Source of the DNA: a virus
Taxonomy: Duplodnaviria; Caudoviricetes
Virus record (IMG/VR): IMGVR_UViG_3300031454_000259
Span: 1-37,460 of that record
Length of the DNA stretch: 37,460 nucleotides
Direction: 5' to 3' (one strand)
In this document: piece by piece, positions 15,062 through 24,355 of the stretch
Layout of the letters: every line of letters begins with the position of its first letter
Numbering within the stretch: position 1 is the first letter of the stretch
The notes under the pieces: generated by a model
The model's input: the letters and a program-made list of their open reading frames with translations, nothing else
Told to the model about the DNA's origin: nothing
The model's database searches: none
Translations under genes and position numbers: made by a program

Positions 15062-16353
15062 CCACGCGCGCCTCCCGTCGGGCGCTCGCCCTGACCGCCG
15101 GGTCCGGGCCCGCTCCCTGGTACCGCGTCGGCCCCGTGATGGCCGTCGCCGCTGAGGAGCCGGACACCGCGACCACGACGAGCGCGGACGTGTACGTCTA
15201 CGACGTCATCGGCGGCTGGTTCGGCATGACCGCCGACGACTTCGTGCGCGACGTCGCCTCGCTCGACACCGACCGCATCGTGCTGCACCTGAACACCCCG
15301 GGCGGCGCGGCGTTCGAGGCCGTGGCCATGGCCAACGTCCTGCGCGCGCACCGCGCCGAGATCGTCGTGCACGTCGACGGCCTGGCGGCCAGCGCCGGGA
15401 CGATCCTCGCGATGGCCGGCGACGAGATCGTCATGGGTGCCGGCAGCCAGCTCATGGTCCACGAGGCGTGGAACAGCGCGGTCGGCAACGCCGCAGACCT
15501 CATCAAGGAGGCCGAGTCGCTGAGCAAGCTCAACGCCTCGATCGCCTCGCTCTACGCCGGCCGAGCCGGCGGCACCACCGACCAGTGGCTCAGCGTGATG
15601 GCGGCCGAGACCTGGTACACGGCTGAGGAGGCCGTGCAGGCCGGCCTCGCCACCCGCCTGGCGAGTGCCGACGACAACGGCAGCGCCACCGGCGAGCAGG
15701 TCGTCCCCGGCTCGACGAGCTACGGCGGCCTCTGGGACTTCTGGGACACCTACCGCTCCCAGGACCGCTTCGACCTCAGCGTCTTCGCCCACGCCGGGCG
15801 CGCCAACGCGCCCGCCCCCGCCATGCCGGCGGGCCCCCGAACCCCGGCCGCGTCCGCGCCCGGCACCACCACCCCCACTGGAAGGAGCACCGCCGTGGCG
15901 TTCAGCGACGAGCAGCTCACCACCATGCGGCAGCGGCTGGGTGTCGCCGACACCGCCGACGAGGCGACCATCGTGGCCGCCCTCGAGGAGGCCCTCGACG
16001 AGGCCGCCGACCCCGCGGCCGCCTCCGCGCTGCGGCTCCCCGAGGGCCAGGTGCTGATCCCGGCCGCGGCCCTCGCCGACCTGCAGGCCTCGGCCGCCAC
16101 CACGCAGGTCCTGGCCCGCCAGCAGCACGAGCGGGACCGCAACGAGGTCCTGAACACCTACCGCGACCGGTTCGCCCCGACGAACCGCGCGGCGTGGGAG
16201 GCGGAGTACGACCGCAACCCGGGCGGCACCAGGGCCTACCTCGACGCCGCACCCGTGATCGTGCCCACCGGCTCGTCCGGCTACAACGCCTCCGAGGACG
16301 ACCCGACCACCGAGGTCCGCCAGACCGAGGCCTACCAGAACTGGAGCAGCTGA
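15058..16353 (+). CDS. ClpP-type head maturation protease fused to scaffold domain
   Basis: YDVIG, LNTPGG, DGLAASAGT, LMVHEAW, ETWYTAEEA, then a Pro/Thr linker and an acidic helical C-terminus. Confidence 0.92.
   Translation: MTTRASRRALALTAGSGPAPWYRVGPVMAVAAEEPDTATTTSADVYVYDVIGGWFGMTADDFVRDVASLDTDRIVLHLNTPGGAAFEAVAMANVLRAHRAEIVVHVDGLAASAGTILAMAGDEIVMGAGSQLMVHEAWNSAVGNAADLIKEAESLSKLNASIASLYAGRAGGTTDQWLSVMAAETWYTAEEAVQAGLATRLASADDNGSATGEQVVPGSTSYGGLWDFWDTYRSQDRFDLSVFAHAGRANAPAPAMPAGPRTPAASAPGTTTPTGRSTAVAFSDEQLTTMRQRLGVADTADEATIVAALEEALDEAADPAAASALRLPEGQVLIPAAALADLQASAATTQVLARQQHERDRNEVLNTYRDRFAPTNRAAWEAEYDRNPGGTRAYLDAAPVIVPTGSSGYNASEDDPTTEVRQTEAYQNWSS
15895..16353 (+). CDS. Nested in-frame scaffold protein (internal start)
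   Basis: Strong internal RBS GGAAGGAG (15880-15887) before in-frame GTG 15895 (MAFSDEQLTTMRQRLG...). Confidence 0.65.
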   Translation: MAFSDEQLTTMRQRLGVADTADEATIVAALEEALDEAADPAAASALRLPEGQVLIPAAALADLQASAATTQVLARQQHERDRNEVLNTYRDRFAPTNRAAWEAEYDRNPGGTRAYLDAAPVIVPTGSSGYNASEDDPTTEVRQTEAYQNWSS

Positions 16354-16354
16354 C

Positions 16355-16792
16355 ATGGCGGCAGTCGTGCAGGTCACCAAGACCGGCCCCAAGACCTTCA
16401 CCCCGGCCGAGCCGATCCTCGGCGGCCAGCTGGTGGAGGCCCGCGCGGCGGGCCGGATCGGCGTCGCTGCCGCCGGCTCCCTCAAGGTGCTGGGGGTGGC
16501 GGTCACCGACGCCCAGTCCCCCGACGCGGTCGCTGGCACCGCGACGGTCGTCGCCGGCCGCTCGGTGCTGAACGCGGCGATCCTGCCGGTGAACGTCGGC
16601 GTCGCCTACGGCGGCATCGAGGTCCCGGTCCTGTACGCGGCGGCCGCGGCCTTCGGCGACAAGCTCGTCGCGGCCGCCAACGGCCAGGTCACGCCCGCGG
16701 GCGCCGCACCGGACGCCCGCTCCATCGTCGGCACCTGCACCGCCCCCGCCGGGGTCGCGCTGGGCGCCGCCGGCCTCATGCGCACCGTCTAG
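16355..16792 (+). CDS. Head decoration/cement protein (DUF2190-like)
   Basis: Small Ala/Gly/Val-rich beta protein between scaffold and capsid. Confidence 0.75.
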   Translation: MAAVVQVTKTGPKTFTPAEPILGGQLVEARAAGRIGVAAAGSLKVLGVAVTDAQSPDAVAGTATVVAGRSVLNAAILPVNVGVAYGGIEVPVLYAAAAAFGDKLVAAANGQVTPAGAAPDARSIVGTCTAPAGVALGAAGLMRTV

Positions 16793-16826
16793 GCCGCGCG
16801 CACCCCAACCCGGAAGGACCACCGCC

Positions 16827-17759
16827 GTGCCCGTGGACATCGTGAGCGTCAGCGACGGACCGCGTACCACCGTCGCCGACCTGATCGGCAACCCCCTGCT
16901 CATCCCGACGCGGGTCCTGGACCTGCTGCGCAACCGCTTCCTGTCGCAGGCCCTGCTCCGCGACGCCGGCCGCAACGCCAACGGCCTCGTGCAGTTCAAC
17001 GACACCACCCCGCTCTACCTCGGGTCCGACGTCGAGAACGTCGCCGAGTTCGCCGAGATCCCCATCGGCGTCGGCCAGGTCGGGACGGCTCGCATCGCCT
17101 ACGCCCTCAAGCGCGGCCTGGGCGTGCGGCTCAGCCGCGAGATGCGCGACGAGAACCGGGTCGACGACGTCAACCGGCAGATCACGCAGCTGACGAACAC
17201 GATGGTCCGCGCGCAGGAGCGGGCCCTGCGGGCGCTGCTGCTCGACCCGGCCGTGCCCGTCATCGCCGCCACCGCCGCGTGGACCGGCCCCGGCGCCAAG
17301 GTCCGCCGCGACATCGCGAATGCGATGGAGGTCGTGGCGTCGGCGACGCCCAACGCGACGGCCGCCGACGACCTGCTCGGCTTCGACCCGAACACGGTCG
17401 TCCTGCCCGGCAGCCTCACCCCAGCGCTGCTGGACAACCCCGAGTTCCTGGAGGTCTACAAGACCGCGGCGCCGACCGAGAACATGCTCTACACGGGCAA
17501 GCTGCCCAACGACGTGCTCGGGCTAGCCGCGCTGACGTCCCGGTCGTGGCCCAAGGACCGCGTGCTGGTGTGCGAGCGCGGGACGATGGGCTTCTACTCC
17601 GACACCCGGCCGCTCGAGGCGACCGGCCTGTACGGCGAGGGCAACGGCCCCAACGGCGGCCCCACGGAGTCGTGGCGGTCCGACACCACCCAGAAGCGCG
17701 CGATGGGCCTCGACCAGCCCAAGGCCGCCTGCTGGATCACCGGCGTCCAGGCCGCGTAG
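16827..17759 (+). CDS. Major capsid protein
   Basis: RBS GGAAGGA. VAEFAEIP, KRGLGVRLSREM, C-terminal DQPKAACWITGV. Position in the head operon. Confidence 0.9.
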   Translation: MPVDIVSVSDGPRTTVADLIGNPLLIPTRVLDLLRNRFLSQALLRDAGRNANGLVQFNDTTPLYLGSDVENVAEFAEIPIGVGQVGTARIAYALKRGLGVRLSREMRDENRVDDVNRQITQLTNTMVRAQERALRALLLDPAVPVIAATAAWTGPGAKVRRDIANAMEVVASATPNATAADDLLGFDPNTVVLPGSLTPALLDNPEFLEVYKTAAPTENMLYTGKLPNDVLGLAALTSRSWPKDRVLVCERGTMGFYSDTRPLEATGLYGEGNGPNGGPTESWRSDTTQKRAMGLDQPKAACWITGVQAA

Positions 17760-17778
17760 CAGAGAGAGGACTGAGACC

Positions 17779-18147
17779 ATGGAGATCGACCAGGTGCAGG
17801 CCGGCGAGTACGAGCTCGTCGCCGAGCAGTTCGACCAGCCGCTGTCCAAGCCGGGCGAGCCGTTCAACTTCAAGCGCTACGTCCGCGGGGACAAGGTCAC
17901 GCTCGACGTGGCGGAGGCCCGCCGGCTGTACGCCGGCGGTGCCGTCGTGCTGCCCGGCGAACGGGAGAAGCTCGCGGCGCAGGCCGCGGTCGCCGCCGCG
18001 GCCGCGGCGCTGGCGCTGGTGCCCGAGGAGTTCCGCGACCAGATCAGCGTCGACGGGCTCCAGCCGGAGCCGTCCGTCGCGCCCGGCCCCGAGCAGGCGC
18101 CCGGGGAGCGGCTCGTGACCGGGCCGACCCGGGGCGCCCGCAGGTAG
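17779..18147 (+). CDS. Hypothetical head-associated protein
   Basis: RBS GAGGA; RGDKVTLDVAEARRL motif; follows the capsid gene. Confidence 0.7.
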   Translation: MEIDQVQAGEYELVAEQFDQPLSKPGEPFNFKRYVRGDKVTLDVAEARRLYAGGAVVLPGEREKLAAQAAVAAAAAALALVPEEFRDQISVDGLQPEPSVAPGPEQAPGERLVTGPTRGARR

Positions 18148-18156
18148 CCCGAGCAC

Positions 18157-18540
18157 ATGGCCCTCGTGTCGGCGGAGGACCTCGAGCTGTTCCTGCAGCG
18201 CAACGTCAAGCTCGACACCGCCGAGGTCGCGATCCGGGTCGCGGAGGGCTGGCTGCGCTCCGCGACTCGGATCGCCGGCGACTGGCCGTACCCCGTCCCC
18301 GAGGACCTGTTCTCGTGGTGCATCGAGCTCGCGGCCCTGGCCTACGACAACCCCACGGGGCTGTCGGACCTGACGGTGGGGCCGGTGGCCCGCACCTGGG
18401 CGGTCACCCGGCGGGCCGAGATCCTCACGGCCGCCGCAGGGCGGTACGGGTCCAGCGCCGCCGGGCCGTCGGGTTCGTTCCCGCCGCCGACGCCCTACCC
18501 GTCTGACCTGCCGCTGCTGGGCGTCTGGGAGGCGCGGTGA
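18157..18540 (+). CDS. Head-to-tail adaptor
   Basis: LVSAEDLELFL...YDNPTG...TVGP; synteny. Confidence 0.7.
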   Translation: MALVSAEDLELFLQRNVKLDTAEVAIRVAEGWLRSATRIAGDWPYPVPEDLFSWCIELAALAYDNPTGLSDLTVGPVARTWAVTRRAEILTAAAGRYGSSAAGPSGSFPPPTPYPSDLPLLGVWEAR

Positions 18541-18860
18541 CGATCCCGGCGGTCGACCTCACCGAGGAGGTCACGGTGACGTCCTACGCCGGCGAGGGCG
18601 GCTACGGGCCGGTGTACAGCGACCCGGTCACGACGCTGTGCAACCTGCAGGCGAGCCGCAAGCTGGTGCGGAACAAGGACGGCGACGAGGTGGTGTCGGA
18701 GACGACGCTGCTGCTCAGCCCCGACCAGGGCGTCGACGTCGAGGCGCTGTTCCAGCCCGAGTCGCTGGTGACCGTCCGGGGCCGGCAGTCCCGGGTCATC
18801 ACCGTGCAGCCCCACCTCGACCGAGGCCTGCTGTGCTCGCTCGAGGTCACCACGACCTGA
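18537..18860 (+). CDS. Head-to-tail stopper
   Basis: GEGGYGPVY...KLVRNKDGDEVVS; synteny. Confidence 0.7.
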   Translation: MTIPAVDLTEEVTVTSYAGEGGYGPVYSDPVTTLCNLQASRKLVRNKDGDEVVSETTLLLSPDQGVDVEALFQPESLVTVRGRQSRVITVQPHLDRGLLCSLEVTTT

Positions 18861-18871
18861 GAGGCACGACG

Positions 18872-19198
18872 ATGACCTGGGACCAGGCCGGCCGGGCCGC
18901 GCGCACCGGCGGCGCCCGCGGTCTGCGGGACGCCGCCGGGCACCTACTCAAGGCCTCGACCGCGATCGCGCCGTACGAGCGGGACGAGCTGATCGACTCG
19001 GCGTCGGCCGACGTCGACGAGGCGGACCTGACGGCTGCCGTGTCGTACGACACCGAGTACGCGATCGTGCAGCACGAGGACCTGAGCGAGCGGCACGACC
19101 CGGGGCGGCAGGGCAAGTACCTCGAGCAGCCGCTGCACGACCAGGCCCGCGAGCTCACCGCTCTGATCGCCCAGGGGGTGCGTCGTGGGCTGGACTGA
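18872..19198 (+). CDS. Neck/tail completion protein (HK97 gp10-like)
   Basis: RBS GAGG before ATG 18872. APYERDELIDS, YDTEYAIVQHE, GKYLEQP. Confidence 0.75.
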   Translation: MTWDQAGRAARTGGARGLRDAAGHLLKASTAIAPYERDELIDSASADVDEADLTAAVSYDTEYAIVQHEDLSERHDPGRQGKYLEQPLHDQARELTALIAQGVRRGLD

Positions 19199-19637
19199 CG
19201 ACCTGCTCGTCGGGCTCGCGCAGCTGCTCGAGGACGGCGGCGTCGGCGCCTGGCAGACCGCCGGCGCCTACCCGGCCGACGCGCAGACGATCATCAAGGT
19301 CAGCGACCTGGGCGGCGACGCCCCGGCCAGCCAGGTGCAGCAGAACATCGTGAGCCTCACGCCGTACCCGGTGGCCGACGACCCGACGTTGAGCGACAGC
19401 GTCCAGGGCGTGCAGGTGCGGCTGCGGGGCAGCCGCGACTCCCGGTCGGTCGACGACCTCGACGACCTGGTCTTCGACCTGCTGCAGGGCCTGGGCCCGG
19501 TGACCCTGCACGGCGTTCGCGTGTCGCTGGTGGTGCGCCGCGGCGGCGCCCCGCTGGGCCCGGACGCCAACGGCCGGCACCAGCGCTCGAGCAACTACCA
19601 CCTGACGGCGCACCGGCCGTCCCGCCACCGCACCTGA
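19185..19637 (+). CDS. Tail terminator (minor capsid-3-like)
   Basis: VQVRLRG, LGPDANGRHQRSSNY; synteny. Confidence 0.75.
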   Translation: MGWTDDLLVGLAQLLEDGGVGAWQTAGAYPADAQTIIKVSDLGGDAPASQVQQNIVSLTPYPVADDPTLSDSVQGVQVRLRGSRDSRSVDDLDDLVFDLLQGLGPVTLHGVRVSLVVRRGGAPLGPDANGRHQRSSNYHLTAHRPSRHRT

Positions 19638-19648
19638 GGAGCCGCAAC

Positions 19649-19987
19649 ATGTCCCAGCCCAAGGGCAACGCCTCGCGCGACGAGTGGGCGGCGTTCGCGC
19701 TGGCCGCCGGCGCCCCGGCCGACGTCGTCGAGCCGCTGACCCGCGACGAGCTCCGCGACCAGTTCGGCGCGCCGGACGTCGACCCGGAGCCCGAGACGGT
19801 CAAGCCCGAGCGCCTGCCGACCTCGGAGGAGGTCACCGCGTCGTACTTCGACTCCACCGTCGGGACGCGCGTCGTGCACGTCGACCCGCTCCCGACCTCC
19901 CAGCAGGTGTCGGAGGGCTACCTGCCGCCGCCGCCGCCGATGGTCGCCGACGCCCCCTCCGTCCTCGTCGTCCACCCCGAGCAGTAG
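19649..19987 (+). CDS. Hypothetical protein with N-terminal helix-extension-helix-like motif
   Basis: RBS GAGGAG; PKGNASRDEWAAFA...LTRDELRDQFG. Confidence 0.65.
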   Translation: MSQPKGNASRDEWAAFALAAGAPADVVEPLTRDELRDQFGAPDVDPEPETVKPERLPTSEEVTASYFDSTVGTRVVHVDPLPTSQQVSEGYLPPPPPMVADAPSVLVVHPEQ

Positions 19988-19996
19988 GAGCCCGAC

Positions 19997-20515
19997 ATGA
20001 CCACCCCCACCCCGTCTGTGCCCGCCCGCGTCCAGCTCGGCGCCAGCACCGTCAACCGCAAGTGGTACCTCGACGTCAACACCGCCCTCGGCGGCGCCGC
20101 GGCGACGTGGACCCCGGTCGGCGGCATGACCGACTTCAAGCCCGGCCGCGACGCCAACAAGGAGGACAGCTCCGACTTCGACTCCGGCGGCTTCATGAGC
20201 AAGACCAAGACCGGCGAGGCCTGGTCGGTCGTGCTCAAGGTCGCCCGCAAGGTCCGGCGCGCCACCCCCACCGCCTACGACCCCGGCCAGGAGTTCCTGC
20301 GCGCCAAGGGCCAGGGGAAGATGGGTGTCGCGAACAGCTGCGAGATCCGGTTCTACGAGATGGAGGAGGGCGGCCCGCGCGTCGAGGCCTTCCAGGGCCT
20401 CTGCTCGGTCGACTACTCCGACGACGGTGGCGGCATGACCGCGCTGTCGACGGCGAGCATCACGCTCGACGGCCAGGGCGCGCTCGTCGCGATCGCGCAC
20501 CCGGCCGCGGCGTAG
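19997..20515 (+). CDS. Major tail (tube) protein
   Basis: RBS AGGAG. DSSDFDSGG, YDPGQEFLR, IRFYE, TLDGQG. Precedes the tail assembly chaperone. Confidence 0.85.
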   Translation: MTTPTPSVPARVQLGASTVNRKWYLDVNTALGGAAATWTPVGGMTDFKPGRDANKEDSSDFDSGGFMSKTKTGEAWSVVLKVARKVRRATPTAYDPGQEFLRAKGQGKMGVANSCEIRFYEMEEGGPRVEAFQGLCSVDYSDDGGGMTALSTASITLDGQGALVAIAHPAAA

Positions 20516-20518
20516 CCG

Positions 20519-21031
20519 ATGGGGTTCGTCGACCTCGGCACCTACCTCGACGACGACGGGCTGGACGTCCCGGTCGGCGACCGGGTGTTCCGCATCCCCT
20601 CGCCGGACCACGCCACCGGCCTGCGGCTGACCGCGATGGTCAACCTCGGCGTGTCGTTCGCCGCCGGCGCCGAGCTGAGCAAGAAGGACGCGGCGAACCT
20701 CAACCTCGACGACGAGCAGGAGCGCGACTTCCTCGAGCTGGTGCTCGGCCCGGCGTACCCGGAGATGGTCGGCGCCGGCGTCTCCTGGGTGCGCATCCAG
20801 CGAGTCGGCCGGTACGCGCTGCTGTACTTCACGCTCGGCCCTGAGGCCGCCGCCGAGTCCGTCCAGCGGACCGCTGAGGCGTCGCCGTCGGGGGAAGCGC
20901 CGGCCCCGAACCGGGCGGCCCGCAGGGCGCCCTCGTCGAAGGCGTCGTCGGGTACGGCGAAGTCGTCGACCCGGGCTCGGGGCTCCAGCGCTGGTACGAC
21001 ATCCCGACCCAGCCGGCGCAAGGCGACCTGA
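20519..21031 (+). CDS. Tail assembly chaperone (G-like)
   Basis: Between the tail tube and tape measure; PNRAARRA motif after the slippery site. Confidence 0.85.
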   Translation: MGFVDLGTYLDDDGLDVPVGDRVFRIPSPDHATGLRLTAMVNLGVSFAAGAELSKKDAANLNLDDEQERDFLELVLGPAYPEMVGAGVSWVRIQRVGRYALLYFTLGPEAAAESVQRTAEASPSGEAPAPNRAARRAPSSKASSGTAKSSTRARGSSAGTTSRPSRRKAT

Positions 21032-21225
21032 GCTGGCCGCAGCTGTTCGAGCACTGGGCGCTCGTTGAGCCCGACCTGCACAGCGAGTTCGGCATCGACC
21101 TGTCCGACCCCGCCCTGCGCGGCCGCAGCTGGCGGTGGCTGCAGTCCCGCATCTTCGGGCTGCTCACCGCCGACACCCGGCTGTCCCGCGCGCTGCGCCC
21201 CCCTGACGCGCCCGCGTCCACCTGA
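20519..21225 (+). CDS. Tail assembly chaperone GT-like fusion via -1 frameshift at G GGG GAA (20890-20896)
   Basis: The -1 frame is open from the slippery site to TGA 21223-21225 and encodes HWALVEPDLHSEFGIDL...SWRWLQSRIFGLL. No separate good start seen. Confidence 0.8.
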
Positions 21226-21244
21226 CCACCGAGAGGGGTTCCGC

Positions 21245-24200
21245 GTGGCCCTGAACGTCGGTGTGCTGGTGGCTGAGCTCCGCCTGGACGACAAGCAGTA
21301 CCAGCGCGGCGTCGACCAGGGCGAGAAGCGGTTCTCGCGCCTCGGCTCGTTCCTGGCCGGCTCGGCGAAGGCCGTCGGGGCGGCTGGCGCCGGCGCGATC
21401 GCCGCAGCCGGCGCAGTAGGCATCAGCACAGCCGCGCAGATGGAACAGGCGAAGATCGCCTTCACGACGATGCTCGGGTCGGGGCAGAAGGCCGACGCGT
21501 TCCTGCGCGACCTGTCGGCGTTCGCGGCCAAGACGCCGTTTGAGTTCCCCGAGCTGCAGACCGCGGCGTCCTCGCTGGTGTCCGCAGGCATTGAGGCCGA
21601 CAAGGTCATCCCGATCATGACGACGCTCGGCGACGTCACGTCCGGCATGGGCACCGGCAGCGAGGGCGTGAAGCGCGCGACGGTCGCGCTGCAGCAGATG
21701 AACGCCGCCGGCCGGATCACCGGCGAGGACCTCAACCAGCTGCGCGACGCCGGCATCCCGGTCTACGACCTGCTCGCGTCCGCGACCGGCAAGAGCAAGG
21801 CCGAGGTCGTCGCGCTCGCCCAGGCCGGCAAGCTCGGCAAGACCGAGCTCGGCCAGATGATGGAGGCCCTCGAGTCCGGCAAGGGCCTGGAGCGCTTCTC
21901 CGGCCTGATGAAGGAGCAGTCGCAGTCCCTGACCGGGCTGTGGTCGACCCTCAAGGACACCTTCTCCGTCGGCATGGCTACCGCCATCGAGCCGCTGATC
22001 CCCCTGATCAAGCAGGGGCTGGGTGGCGCGTCGGACTTCCTCGCGAAGGTGCTGCCGAAGGTGGCCGTCGGGCTGACCGGGTTCGCGAACGGCCTGACCG
22101 GGCTCGGGCCGGTGCCCGGCTACACGGGCTGGCTGAACACCCTGGGCGACACCCTCAACCAGCTGTGGTCGGGGTTCACCCTCGGCAAGGACGGCCTCGA
22201 GGAGATCGGCGGCCCGCTCGAGGGCTTCGCGGCCAAGGGCTACCGGGCCCGCGAGATGCTGACCGCGGTGACCTCGGTCGCCAGCCAGTTCTTCGCGGGG
22301 CTCCGCGGCCGGGGCGAGCTGCAGGCGCTCGGCTCCGGGCTGACCGGCGTGCAGGCCGCCGGGCTCAAGGTGCGGGGCTGGCTGCAGCAGATCCCCCCGA
22401 TGTGGGACGCACTGATCGAGAAGGTCCGCTCGGCGCGGCAGGAGTTCGGCGGGGTCAGCCTGTCGACCGGCGAGGCGTCGGGCGGCATGTCCCTGCTGGG
22501 CGGCGTGATCGGCACGCTGGTGACCGTCGCCGGCGGACTGGAGCCCGTGGTCCGGGTCGCCGGCGTCGTCTTCGGCTTCCTGGCCAGCCACACCGACACG
22601 CTCGCGAAGTACATGCCGCTGCTCATCGGCGCCTTCATCGCCTACAAGGCGGCGCAGGCCGCGGCGAACATCGCGGCGATCGCGGCCGTGCCTGTGCAGG
22701 CCGCGCAGATCGCGAGCAACTTCGCGCTCGCTGCAGCGCTGCGCGCGCACGCCGCGGCCCTGGGCTACGAGCGCGTCGGGATGCTCACCCGGATCGGGAC
22801 CTTCATCAGGAGCACCGCCGTCACGATCGGCCACACGATCGCGCTCGCAGCGTTGCGCGTCGGCATCCTGCTCACCTCCGGCGCGATCCACGCGATGACC
22901 GCGGCTCAGTGGCTGCTCACCAGGGCGATGAGCATGAGCCCGATCGGCAAGGTCATCACGCTGATCTCGCTGCTGGTGGGTGGGCTGGTCGTGGCCTACA
23001 AGAACAGCGAGACGTTCCGGCGCATCGTCGACGGCGCGTTCCGGGCGGTCTCCGACGCCGGCCGGTTCATGTGGAACGACGTCCTCAAGCCCGTCTTCCG
23101 CACAATGCTCGGCGTCTGGCTGTCCGCCGCTGACGGCATCATCGGGGCTGCCAGCCGTGTCGCGCGGGCCCTGGGCATGGACGGCCTGGCCGACAAGCTC
23201 GACGCGGCCAAGGGCGAGCTCCGCGACTTCAAGGACTCGGCGATGCGCTCGCTCGACATCCCCGACCAGAGCGTCACCGTGACCGCCTTCGGCAAGCTGG
23301 TGCTGCCCGCCGGCTTCACCTCCCGCGACGCCGCGTCGTTCGCCCGGCGCGACGCCGCCATGGCGAACCGCCAGAACCGCGCGACCGGCGGACCGATCAA
23401 GGGCGCAGGCACCGGGACGTCGGACAGCATCCCGGCGATCGGCCCGGGCGGCGCCCAGTACGCGCTCAGCGACGACGAGCACGTGTGGACGGCTGAGGAG
23501 GTCCGCAAGGTCGGCGGGCACGGCAACATGCTGGCGCTGCGCGAGCAGGTCCGCCGGCTCGCCGACGGTGGCCCGGTCCTGTCGGTCCGCGCCGCCGGCC
23601 GCACCGGCAACCTGCGGCAGGGCGCGCAGACGCTCAGCGACCGGCAGGCCGCGCAGATGCGCAACCTCGGCCAGTTCGCCATCAACGGCGGCGCCGCGGC
23701 CGTAACACGGGGCTACGCGGCCTCCGTCGCGGCGACGGCTCGTGCCGCGGCGCCATCGGCGTCGAGCGCCGGCCGGGGCAACATCGACGCGGAGCTGCTG
23801 CGCCGCTTCGACCTGTTCAACCGGTCGGTCGGCGGTGCCCTGCGCGTCGTGTCCGGCTACCGGTCCTCCGCCAAGCAGGCGGCGCTGTACGCGGCGTACC
23901 TCAACGGCACCGGCAACCTCGCCGCCCGCCCGGGCAGCTCGAACCACGAGAAGTCCCCGGCGCGGGCGATCGACTACGGCCCGGCGTCGTGGGCCAGGAC
24001 CGCCGGCGCCTACCGCTTCGGCCTCGCGGCCCCGGTCCGGTCCGAGCCGTGGCACCTCGAGCGGGCGTACGACCGGGGCGGCGAGGCCCGCGGGCCCGGC
24101 TGGATGCGCAAGGCCACGCTCCGCCCGGAGCGGGTGCTGTCGCCGCGCCAGACGACGGCCTACGAGCGGCACATCGCTCTGCTCGAGCGCGACGGCAGCA

Positions 24201-24355
24201 CGTCGTCCGGGCCGGTGACGCTGAGCCGAGAGTCGCTCCTGGACCTGGCGCAGGCCATCAACGGCCGACCGGCGGTCCTCACCGTCGACGGTGAGGTCCT
24301 CGCCGAGCTCGGTGAGCGCAAGCGCCGCCGGCAGCTGGCGCAGGCCGGCCTGTGA
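21245..24355 (+). CDS. Tape measure protein with C-terminal M15 (VanY-like) peptidase
   Basis: RBS GAGAGGGG before GTG 21245. FAAKTPFEFPEL, GRITGEDLNQL, hydrophobic central region, SGYRS...SNH...AID...EPWH. Confidence 0.93.
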   Translation: MALNVGVLVAELRLDDKQYQRGVDQGEKRFSRLGSFLAGSAKAVGAAGAGAIAAAGAVGISTAAQMEQAKIAFTTMLGSGQKADAFLRDLSAFAAKTPFEFPELQTAASSLVSAGIEADKVIPIMTTLGDVTSGMGTGSEGVKRATVALQQMNAAGRITGEDLNQLRDAGIPVYDLLASATGKSKAEVVALAQAGKLGKTELGQMMEALESGKGLERFSGLMKEQSQSLTGLWSTLKDTFSVGMATAIEPLIPLIKQGLGGASDFLAKVLPKVAVGLTGFANGLTGLGPVPGYTGWLNTLGDTLNQLWSGFTLGKDGLEEIGGPLEGFAAKGYRAREMLTAVTSVASQFFAGLRGRGELQALGSGLTGVQAAGLKVRGWLQQIPPMWDALIEKVRSARQEFGGVSLSTGEASGGMSLLGGVIGTLVTVAGGLEPVVRVAGVVFGFLASHTDTLAKYMPLLIGAFIAYKAAQAAANIAAIAAVPVQAAQIASNFALAAALRAHAAALGYERVGMLTRIGTFIRSTAVTIGHTIALAALRVGILLTSGAIHAMTAAQWLLTRAMSMSPIGKVITLISLLVGGLVVAYKNSETFRRIVDGAFRAVSDAGRFMWNDVLKPVFRTMLGVWLSAADGIIGAASRVARALGMDGLADKLDAAKGELRDFKDSAMRSLDIPDQSVTVTAFGKLVLPAGFTSRDAASFARRDAAMANRQNRATGGPIKGAGTGTSDSIPAIGPGGAQYALSDDEHVWTAEEVRKVGGHGNMLALREQVRRLADGGPVLSVRAAGRTGNLRQGAQTLSDRQAAQMRNLGQFAINGGAAAVTRGYAASVAATARAAAPSASSAGRGNIDAELLRRFDLFNRSVGGALRVVSGYRSSAKQAALYAAYLNGTGNLAARPGSSNHEKSPARAIDYGPASWARTAGAYRFGLAAPVRSEPWHLERAYDRGGEARGPGWMRKATLRPERVLSPRQTTAYERHIALLERDGSTSSGPVTLSRESLLDLAQAINGRPAVLTVDGEVLAELGERKRRRQLAQAGL

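Noticed and set aside
21164-24172. 1002-aa minus-strand ORF, and similar long ones at 25292-27589, 29315-32095, 32158-34416 and 14869-16539
   Set aside because: Antisense shadows of GC3-biased genes: no motifs, and fully overlapping well-supported + strand genes.
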